Source: Sedimentisphaerales bacterium
GTDB lineage: Bacteria > Planctomycetota > Phycisphaerae > Sedimentisphaerales > SM23-30
DNA: 64,000 nt
Direction: 5' to 3'
NCBI GenBank assembly: GCA_963663965.2
Contig: CAXXFK010000020.1
Coordinates: 160,001 to 224,000 of the forward strand
Shown here: positions 27,160 to 36,000 of the stretch, one piece after another
Position numbering within the stretch: the first letter of the stretch is position 1
Layout: each line of letters opens with the position of its first letter
Made by a program: the position numbers and the translations under genes
Notes under the pieces: model-generated
The model's input: the letters and a program-made list of their open reading frames with translations, nothing else
What the model was told of the DNA's origin: nothing
The model's database searches: none

Positions 27160-28245
27160 TTATTTTATGGGCTGTTCCAGAATGGCGATAATCGATACAA
27201 TCATAATCGTCTGGGCAAAAATCAGTATCATACCGGTAGTACTGGCGTGCAGCAGAATGATTCCCCCCAGACCGGTACAGGCCGTGGCCAGATAAATCGT
27301 CAAAACCGCCTGAGGGGTTGACATGCCCCGTTTGACCAGCCGGTGCGAAAAATGCTGGGTATCGCCCACAAACGGGCTTTTACCCTGGCTTAATCGCAAC
27401 AGGGTCACACTGACAAAATCATAAAGTGGAATTGCCAGTACCACCAGCGGCATCATCGCGGCATACCAGGACCCTTCCTCCGCCTGGGTATTAAAATAGG
27501 TCGTCCGTACCGCCGCCGCCGCAACGACCGCGCCGACAACCAGCGATCCCCCATCCCCCATAAAAATCCTGGCCGGGGCAAAGTTGAGAACCAGAAATCC
27601 CAACAGCGCGCCCATTACGATAGCCAGAAACGCGCCGACAAAAATTTGCCCGGCCATGAGCGCCGCCACAAAAATAACCGCCGCGCAGATCGCCGCCATT
27701 CCTGCTGACAAACCATCCATGTTGTCCAGAAAATTGAACGCATTGACAATTACCACAATCCAGAGCACCGATAATATGGTGGTCACTGTCGTATTGGCAA
27801 TAAAAAAGTCGAACCGGATCCCGGCAAACAGCGCCATGGCGGCCGCCACTGCGATTTGTACAAACAACTTGATGAACGGGCCCAGATGCTTGCGGTCATC
27901 GATGATCCCCAGGATATGCAATACCGTTAAGCATCCAATCAATACCCAGACCTGTGGCGCGCGCGCGACCAGGCCGGGAATATGGTCTTTAATAATCCAT
28001 GGCAGAAAATCCGCCTGCCCGCAACGCTGACAAACCAGCACCGCTCCCAGCGATGCGATTAACAACGGCAATACAATTGTCCAGTAGATCGCGATCCCGC
28101 CCCCCAGGGCAATCGGCCTGGTATGGATCTTGCGATGGCCGGGTTTATCGACAAATCCGGCCCGAATCGCCCACAGGCGCACTAGAATCGTCAGGGTCAG
28201 GGAGACGACAAACGCCGCTATTCCAATAACAATGATATATTTCAG
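27160..28245 (-). CDS. MraY/WecA-family polyprenyl-phosphate sugar-1-phosphate transferase
   Basis: DKPGHRKIH, GIIDD, NAFNFLDNMDGL, FMGDGG, DTQHFSHRL; the frame extends upstream of the GTG at 28182 to a CTG at 28245. Start uncertain. Confidence 0.9.
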   Translation of the reverse strand: MKYIIVIGIAAFVVSLTLTILVRLWAIRAGFVDKPGHRKIHTRPIALGGGIAIYWTIVLPLLIASLGAVLVCQRCGQADFLPWIIKDHIPGLVARAPQVWVLIGCLTVLHILGIIDDRKHLGPFIKLFVQIAVAAAMALFAGIRFDFFIANTTVTTILSVLWIVVIVNAFNFLDNMDGLSAGMAAICAAVIFVAALMAGQIFVGAFLAIVMGALLGFLVLNFAPARIFMGDGGSLVVGAVVAAAAVRTTYFNTQAEEGSWYAAMMPLVVLAIPLYDFVSVTLLRLSQGKSPFVGDTQHFSHRLVKRGMSTPQAVLTIYLATACTGLGGIILLHASTTGMILIFAQTIMIVSIIAILEQPIK

Positions 28246-28796
28246 CTCTTCGATGACAGTTGCTCCACTAATCGGTTGCGTGCCTGATTCAAAAACGGAT
28301 CGTACTGACCGCTGGAATAATCCGGAAAACTGAACGGCCAGCCGTACCAGTGTCCCCGCTTGTAATGCAGGGTCGGCTCAGCGTATATATTATCACCGAT
28401 ATAGATCCGGTGCGAAAAATTTTTCGTGGACGCCAGCACCAGCTTACTGGGCTCAATATATCCCGGATCCAGATTGATCGGCCGGACCACAGCCAGCGCC
28501 TGCCCTTCCGGCAACTCAGCCAGTTGAGCTTCCATGGCATTGGCCCGATGCTTGATCGGCCCCAGCTGCCCTGGATCGATCAGCGCCTCAAAACTGACAA
28601 ACTGCCGCAGCAGATCGACTCCCATCTCCTGTTCGTAATATTTCGTAAACGTAAAGGGCATTGTCTCACTGACAATATCCACCTCGCCCCATTCCACCGC
28701 CATCAATTCCCGCGCCCGCGCAAGCAGCTCCTTAGACTGGCACAACATGCCAACCATCAACTTAACCGGGCGCGGCGGATGTAAGGTTTGAGACAT
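28242..28796 (-). CDS. DUF4416 family protein
   Basis: FTFTKYYEQEMG, RPINLDPGY, LASTKNFSHRIY, FPDY motifs. Confidence 0.85.
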   Translation of the reverse strand: MSQTLHPPRPVKLMVGMLCQSKELLARARELMAVEWGEVDIVSETMPFTFTKYYEQEMGVDLLRQFVSFEALIDPGQLGPIKHRANAMEAQLAELPEGQALAVVRPINLDPGYIEPSKLVLASTKNFSHRIYIGDNIYAEPTLHYKRGHWYGWPFSFPDYSSGQYDPFLNQARNRLVEQLSSKS

Positions 28797-28811
28797 AGTG
28801 GTAAAACTTCC

Positions 28812-30554
28812 TTATGATTCCTGAACGATTTGTTTGAGTAACTCCAAACCCTTGGCCGTCAAACGATACTTCTGATTGCGACTGCGAGGTTTATCAGGAA
28901 CAGTCATCTCGATGAGTTTTTCCCTTAAAGCCGGTCTGATATGATTATCTCTAAATGTTTGCTGATGTTTCATGCCTACTAGCTCTTGAAGCTCCTTCGC
29001 AGACATTTCGCCATCCAATAAGCCTCGAAGGAGTGCAAATATCAAAGAATTTAACTTAGCCGGTGACGGGGTTGGCAACTTAGCCGGTTGGGCCTCACCT
29101 TGTCTCCCACTATGGGCCCTTTTGGGCTTATCATGGGCCCCCACATGGGCCTCTTTTTCTTCGTCATGAGCCTTATTATAGGACTTTGGCTCGGATTGCC
29201 CATTTAACTTAGCCGGTAACTTAGCCGGTAACTTAGCCGGTAACTGGGTCGGTTCGTCCGCAAACATCGCCCGCACCAGATCCGAAGCCATATCGACTTC
29301 AACATCCAGTTCCGGAATGAAAAATTCAAAGGCCTTACGGGATCGGTCGTTCCGATAGGTTGGTTCCGAATGACCAAGCGCCTGCCATTCTTTGCTCATC
29401 ATTCGAAAACCGGTTCCAGCCTGTTCGCACATGACAATCCGCCGCATGGCCGCGGCGATTCCCGGGTTACGGACCTCTTTTTCACCGGGTTCCAACAATC
29501 GGGCGTCGTCACCGAAAACATCACCCGGATTCCAGAATTCGATACCATCTCGATAAAATTTAATGACTGCCTTGCGTGAATGGTCACCGTAGTCCTGATG
29601 GATCAGCAGGTTCATGGCCGCCTCGCGAAAAACTCGAAAACCGGGCGGATCGTCGCGCCGGCCTAACGTAACCGGATCAATATCCCGAAATGGTTTTGGC
29701 ATAAAAAACATATACTTGGCCACTAATTGCTGCCAGGACCGAATAATATTATCTTCACTGACAATCCGGTCGATCCAGCGAGTCTCTGGTATTTCATCCT
29801 GTGTTCCATAGCCCAAAAATTGGACATCGAGAGTTGGGCGGGGCATAAGCTGGTGTACCGCCAACGATGAGCCAAACAACATAACCGCACCGCGCGTGGG
29901 TATTAGACAGTTCCCGTCACGAATTAAGTAGCCCCAATGATAAAGAAAATCTTCATCAGACTCATCCGTATCGATACCCGCATTGGCCTGTTCGAATCGA
30001 TTGCGATACCAGCGCAAGCTGCCCGGATGAAACGCCTCTTCATACAATACCCGCTCAAATGGCTGGCCATCCCAGCGATCTTCCGTCGCGTCCCGCAGGA
30101 GTCGTTCAATATCCTGGGGCTGGGCCCGGTAATCTCCGCCGCCCTTGCGCAAAAAGGTTCGTCGGATATCACCATCCAGATAAACAGGTTTGCGAGTGCG
30201 AACATTTTCATTGATTTTGAAAATTAAGATAATTTTGCCGGAAACAACTATTCGTTCTTCGCTAACTGTAATGTCGTGATTGACTTTCTGACCGGCATGA
30301 AGAACAGACAGGAAATCATTCTGGACCTTATCGGGCTGCTCGACCCCCACGATTTCAAAATCTGACAGATCTGCTCCGCGCTCGTTTTTGTTCTGATGTT
30401 GACGTATACCAAAAATAAGAATACCGCCATGGGTATTGGCAAACGCAGAAATCGTTTCGAAAGCGGAACGAGGAACCGCACCTTGCGCTTCCTTGAACTC
30501 AACATCGTTCCATTCTCCGATTTTCAGCAACTGTTTTAGTTCGTCAACATTCAT
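28812..30554 (-). CDS. Schlafen/AlbA_2 + HATPase_c_4 (RecG C-terminal-like) + HTH protein
   Basis: GEWNDVEFKEA...ISAFANTHGGILIFG; REAAMNLLIHQDY; RNP...CEQAGTG; C-terminal PDKPRSRNQKYRLT. Confidence 0.8.
   Translation of the reverse strand: MNVDELKQLLKIGEWNDVEFKEAQGAVPRSAFETISAFANTHGGILIFGIRQHQNKNERGADLSDFEIVGVEQPDKVQNDFLSVLHAGQKVNHDITVSEERIVVSGKIILIFKINENVRTRKPVYLDGDIRRTFLRKGGGDYRAQPQDIERLLRDATEDRWDGQPFERVLYEEAFHPGSLRWYRNRFEQANAGIDTDESDEDFLYHWGYLIRDGNCLIPTRGAVMLFGSSLAVHQLMPRPTLDVQFLGYGTQDEIPETRWIDRIVSEDNIIRSWQQLVAKYMFFMPKPFRDIDPVTLGRRDDPPGFRVFREAAMNLLIHQDYGDHSRKAVIKFYRDGIEFWNPGDVFGDDARLLEPGEKEVRNPGIAAAMRRIVMCEQAGTGFRMMSKEWQALGHSEPTYRNDRSRKAFEFFIPELDVEVDMASDLVRAMFADEPTQLPAKLPAKLPAKLNGQSEPKSYNKAHDEEKEAHVGAHDKPKRAHSGRQGEAQPAKLPTPSPAKLNSLIFALLRGLLDGEMSAKELQELVGMKHQQTFRDNHIRPALREKLIEMTVPDKPRSRNQKYRLTAKGLELLKQIVQES
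29205..29245. repeat. 12-bp coding tandem repeat (TAACTTAGCCGG x3.4; PAKL units), extra copies at 29052 and 29077
   Basis: Direct reading of the sequence. Confidence 0.9.
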
Positions 30555-30683
30555 TTCTATTCTGGAACCTGAGCCGGCAGTGCCGGAACCAAACAGGGTC
30601 ATAGGAATATCAGGCAATACGACATTGTTTTTTGCCATTTTGCACAAGATTTTACTCGTAAGAGACTAAGTCATCTTAAGAAT

Positions 30684-32432
30684 TCAATCCAGTCCATCCA
30701 GAATTTCATCGTAAAGCTTCTGGACCAGTTCAACCGTTTTGTCGGCGGCGGTATCGATAGCAATCGTCTGAGTTTCTGAATCGCGACGGAGTTTGATTTC
30801 AACCGTACCTTCAGCTATCCCGCGCTGGCCAACGGTGATTCGGACAGGAATACCGATCAGATCGGCATCTTTAAACTTGCCGCCGGCCCGAATCGTACGG
30901 TCATCCAGCAGCACATCGATATCACAATCGCACAATTGGTTATAAAGCTTTTCGGCAACGCCGGCCACCTGTTCATCATTCTGGTTGGCCGCGGTAATCA
31001 GTACCTCAAAGGGCGCTATGGTGATCGGCCAGATAATCCCGTCATTATCAAATCCCAGTTCGATCGCCGAAGCCATAATCCGGTTGATTCCGATGCCATA
31101 ACATCCCATCAGACACGGCTTGCTTTTGCCATTTTCATCCAGGAAATTGGCATTCAGCTTGGTACTGTATTTGGTACCCAACTTAAAGACCTGGCCGACT
31201 TCAATGCCGCGTTTAAACAGCAGCGTCTTGCCATCGCGCGTGTCCCCGGGCACAGCATTGCGGATATCAACCACTTTGACATGCTCCCCGCTCAACGGAA
31301 AATCACGGCCCGGAACCACATTGCGTGTGTGGTAATCGGTTTTATTAGCGCCGGCGATACCAACGGTCATGGCCGCGACCGCATGATCGATCAACAGCAA
31401 GCTGACCTTGGATGCCAGACCCATCGGGCCGGCAAAACCCACCCCGGCGCCGGTGACCTGCTGAATCGTGGCTTCATCCGCCAACAGGCACTGCTTGCGA
31501 TCCACCAGCTGGGTCAGCTTTTCCGGATTCAGCTCATGATCACCCCGCAAAACCGCTACCACCGTCTGACCTTCCACACTATAAATCAGCGTCTTGATCA
31601 TCTGTTGGGGCGAGGTTTTCAAAAACGCGCAGACCGCTTCAATTGAACCAACATTGGGAGTATGAACCTCTTCCATCGCCGGAGCTGCCACATCCACCGT
31701 CACTGGCGGTATAGCATCGACCCCGGCCTTTTCGATATTGGCGGCATAGCGGCCATCTTCGGTATAAACAATCATATCTTCCCCATTTTCACAGGGGATT
31801 GTAAACTGATGAGAACCGGAACCGCCAATTTCACCGGTTTCCGCTTCTACAATCACATATTCCAGACCGCACCGCTGGAAAATCCGGCAATAGGCGTTGT
31901 ACATGGCCCGATAGGATTGTTCGAGCATGTCATCATCGGCATCGAAACTGTACGCGTCTTTCATGATAAATTCGCGGCTGCGCAATACCCCAAAACGCGG
32001 CCGGAACTCATCGCGATATTTGGTGCCGATCTGATACATGTTGATAGGCAACTGTTTATACGAATTAATTTCATTCGCGGCAATAAAGGTAAACACCTCT
32101 TCCGCGGTCGGGCTCAGGACATTGTCCCGGCCGTGCCGGTCGACAAATTTGCCCAGCGTTTCGCCGTAATCGATATCCCGGCCGGTCTGCTGCCAGAGTT
32201 CCGCCGGTTGAACCACCGGCACCGTCGTCTCCAGGGCGCCGGCGGCATTTATTTCCGCCCGGACAATCTCGATAATCTTATTGAGTGTCCGGTTGCCCAG
32301 CGGCAGATAGAAATAAGTGCCACTGGCCACTTTACGCATCAGGCCGGCCCTGATCATCAGGCGATGGCTGGGAATTTCAGCATCCGCAGGAACTTCCTTG
32401 ACTGTCGGGATAAAAAAACGGCTCCACTTCAT
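30684..32432 (-). CDS. proS: Prolyl-tRNA synthetase (with INS editing domain)
   Basis: SHRLMIRAG, YRDEFRPRFGVLRSREFIMKDAY, GIEVGQVFKLGTKYS, MGCYGIG. Confidence 0.98.
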   Translation of the reverse strand: MKWSRFFIPTVKEVPADAEIPSHRLMIRAGLMRKVASGTYFYLPLGNRTLNKIIEIVRAEINAAGALETTVPVVQPAELWQQTGRDIDYGETLGKFVDRHGRDNVLSPTAEEVFTFIAANEINSYKQLPINMYQIGTKYRDEFRPRFGVLRSREFIMKDAYSFDADDDMLEQSYRAMYNAYCRIFQRCGLEYVIVEAETGEIGGSGSHQFTIPCENGEDMIVYTEDGRYAANIEKAGVDAIPPVTVDVAAPAMEEVHTPNVGSIEAVCAFLKTSPQQMIKTLIYSVEGQTVVAVLRGDHELNPEKLTQLVDRKQCLLADEATIQQVTGAGVGFAGPMGLASKVSLLLIDHAVAAMTVGIAGANKTDYHTRNVVPGRDFPLSGEHVKVVDIRNAVPGDTRDGKTLLFKRGIEVGQVFKLGTKYSTKLNANFLDENGKSKPCLMGCYGIGINRIMASAIELGFDNDGIIWPITIAPFEVLITAANQNDEQVAGVAEKLYNQLCDCDIDVLLDDRTIRAGGKFKDADLIGIPVRITVGQRGIAEGTVEIKLRRDSETQTIAIDTAADKTVELVQKLYDEILDGLD

Positions 32433-32875
32433 GAATTTTCACTCCGGTTAGAGGTTCAATTTACAATTTTTCAGACCCGCCATTATACCCCAAACATCAA
32501 ACATTCCAATATGGATTATCCGGATTTGCCAGAAACCAGTAATTCTATGAAAACCGCCTAACAAGGATTGAAATGAATCTATATTGGCTATTAATTTCCA
32601 AAAAACTTAGTGGACGGCCCAATCGATATCAATAAGTATTTCTCCAGAACTGCATCGCTCATATAGACATGTCTCATAAATAAATTGATACACCCAGCCA
32701 ATACTGTCATGCTACCAATTTTCACTGGCCCTAACCTTCCTGGTTTAACCACAAAATAGCATTGCCATTAGCCTGTCAGTCATTGGGTTACCCAAGAATC
32801 AGACACCGCCACCTAATACCATAATACATTATCATATATAGACTTAATACACAATATTTCGTGTGCGTTCTTTGA

Positions 32876-32900
32876 GTCAACAAAATAATAAACACTGTGT
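32876..32900 (-). repeat. Solo copy of the RAYT-flanking repeat
   Basis: GTCAACAAAATAATAAACACTGTGT, identical to 5136-5160. Confidence 0.85.
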
Positions 32901-33081
32901 TTTAAAACGAAGTCATCATTAATTACACTTATTTTCTCGAATTGATTTCATGTTTCAGCTAAGATAATGCACTCCGTCTGGAATCTGAAAGTTGACATAA
33001 GTAATGCCATTGGGGTAACAAAAAAAGAGGTTACCCACCATGATATAAAGTGCCAGGAAAAAGCTGAGCTGTGGATATATT

Positions 33082-36000
33082 ATGACGCAAAACCAGTCAC
33101 AAGCTTACAACGCGTTACAAAACCTGCGGTTACGGTTGCTGGATTTAACGGCACGAAACCAGTTGTTAAACTTTCGCCATACCAGAATGGGAAGCTTGCG
33201 GATTATCGACGAATTGCCGGATCAGTTGGCAGACACACTTCTTTCCGATACCGAAATGCGATTTTTGCCGGTACCGGAACCAACCCGGGATGAACTGGTA
33301 CAGGCGGAGTATATTAAGATTGAAGCGGACAGCGGTTTGGAAATTCGCCTGAAAAAGGATCCGACCGCGGAGGAATGGGCCAATTATCTGGGCCTTTCGA
33401 CCTCTTATGAAATGCCAGTGACCGAAACTGACACTGCCCAGGCGAAGCATACCGACAAAGCCATTCAGACCCTGCTTTACCCTTTTGAGTTGGAAGCCCG
33501 CCTCAAGAACCTGATGCAAAACTCCGAATCCGCCATCCAGGAGATGGGCGCCAATATCCTTTACCTCTCCTTTGGATTTCTGGAATGGGTCGACCAGGGC
33601 CAGGAAGATATCCGGATTGCACCTCTATTCCTGCTGCCAGTTCGTCTGCATAAAGGCCGGCTGAATCCCAAAACCAAAACTTACGAATACACCTTAAGCT
33701 ATTCCGGCGAAGATATCCTTCCCAATCTATCTTTGCGCGAAAAGCTTCGTATCGACTTTGCCCTGGCATTGCCGGATTTTGAGGAAAATATCACACCGGA
33801 AGCTTATTTTCGGGCCGTCCAGGAGCTCATCACAAAGAATCAACCGCGCTGGCAGGTGCGCCGGTATATCACCCTGTCACTGCTGAATTTCAGCAAGCTG
33901 ATGATGTACCTCGATCTGGATCCCGGCCGGTGGCCCGCCGAGAAAAACATCATTGATCATACGATTATTACCGAATTCCTCAATGGCTACCAACCAGATG
34001 ACAACACTTTGGAGGAAAACCCGGCTACCCACCACTTCGGTGAAGAATATCCCATCGACGAAATGGACGCCATTCATGATCGCTATCCACTGATAGACGA
34101 TGCCGACAGTTCGCAGCATAGCGCCCTGATCGACGCGATGGATGGCAAGAACCTGATCATTGAAGGTCCGCCCGGAACCGGAAAATCGCAAACCATTACC
34201 AACCTGATCGCAGCCGCCATGGCCAATGGCAAACGCGTGTTATTTGTCGCCGAAAAGCTCGCCGCGCTCGAGGTGGTGCGCCGCCGGCTCGATGCGGCCG
34301 GTCTGGGTGAATTCTGCCTGGAACTGCACAGCCATAAATCGCAAAAACGCAAAGTGCTGGATGAAATTGAAGTTCGGCTCAGTAAACACAGTCAGTATCG
34401 CAAGCCTGCCAGGATCAATTCAGAAATCAAACGCTGCGAAGAACTCAAGGCTCAGTTAAAACACTATGTCGAGGCCATCCATCAACCCTGGAAAGAAACC
34501 GGCCAGACCATCCATGCCATCTTCATGGCGGCCACGCGCTATCGCGAGGCCCTCGGCATCAATCCCGAAACCCTGCATCCCGCCGGTCACCATGGCGACA
34601 GTCTGAACGCGTCAACCCTTCAACAGGCCGAAGACCAGGTGGACACCTTCGCCCGGGTATTTGCCGCCGTAGTGGAACAACTGGCCGAAAACGGTACATT
34701 ACAGAACCATCCCTGGCATGGTGTTCAAAATGCCAATTTACAGGTTTATGACCTCGAACGGGTCCTGGCCTCCCTGTCGCAATGGCAAAATTCCCTGAAA
34801 TACCTTAACCAGTTCCGAACAGAACAGGCCGATACCCTCCAAACGGAACAACAAGAGATTGCCGAAACTCTGGATGGGTTTGAAAAATTTCTAAATGATC
34901 TGGATCATGTGCCCGCTCTCCAAGGTGATGAACAACTCGATTGCCTGCCGAATCTGCAGGGTGAAACACTGGATGCCGCCATCACAGGCAGACAACTCTT
35001 CGAAACAATTCAAGCCCTGTATGCATTGCTGCTGGAAAAGGTGAGCCCGGATGTACTGGGCGACTTATCGAAAGTGGAACACTATCGAACCGGTATCGAC
35101 CGGCTCAGTCAATTGACCCATCCTGAGATCGAATTAAAACATCTGTTCGAATCCCTTGAGCGTCTGAAGCAGATGCAGGGCCAAATAGCTCAATGGAAAG
35201 AACTCATCCCGGAAATCGAAAACAAGCTGGGAGCAGAAGCACGGGGATTCATTTCACTGACCACCGAAGGCCTGGAAGAATTCAAAGCGCTTGTCGATCT
35301 GCTGGGCGAACTGAAAATTTCTCACCTGAAGCTGCGTGATCCATTGTTCGATAACGAGGAACTGGATGAGATTCTGCCGGAGATGGACAAGGCCTTGAAA
35401 CGGCTGGCCACTTTACGGGACGATTTACAGCCGTATTACCGGCTGGACCTGCTGGGTAGCAGCGATGAACTGGTTCGTCTGAAAGCCACCCTGGATGCCG
35501 GTGGTATTTTCCGCTGGTTGAAAGGCAGCTGGCGCGGCGCCCGCCAGCAATTGCTGGACCTGGCTGCGGGCCCACGAGTGAAATTTTCGGCCATGCGCTC
35601 ATTAATCTCCAAAGCCGTGGACTATCTGGACCGCAAACAAAAGATCGAATCAAATCGCCGTTATGCCGGGTTGTTGGCCGACCATTTCAAAGGCATGAAA
35701 ACCGATATAGATACCCTGAACAGCTTGCGTGACTGGTATAAAAAGGTACGCCGGCACTACGGCATAGGATTCGGCAAAAAAGTCGCATTGGGAACGGCCC
35801 TGATCAATCTGCCGCTGGAACCCGCCCGCAATATTCGAGCGCTGTCTGAACAGGAAGTCCCGCTCAAAATTGGTAATTTCTTACGCGACCTGACCGGGTT
35901 GAAGTCAACCTTTAAACCTTATCCGGCCCTGCAAAATGATTCATTACCCCTGACTGGCGAAAATGGCATCATTGCCGGCCTGTCTGCGGCTCTTCAGGAG

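Noticed and set aside
32670..32694. TGTCTCATAAATAAATTGATACACC as a fourth copy of the RAYT repeat
   Set aside because: Too divergent in AT-rich DNA to support by eye.
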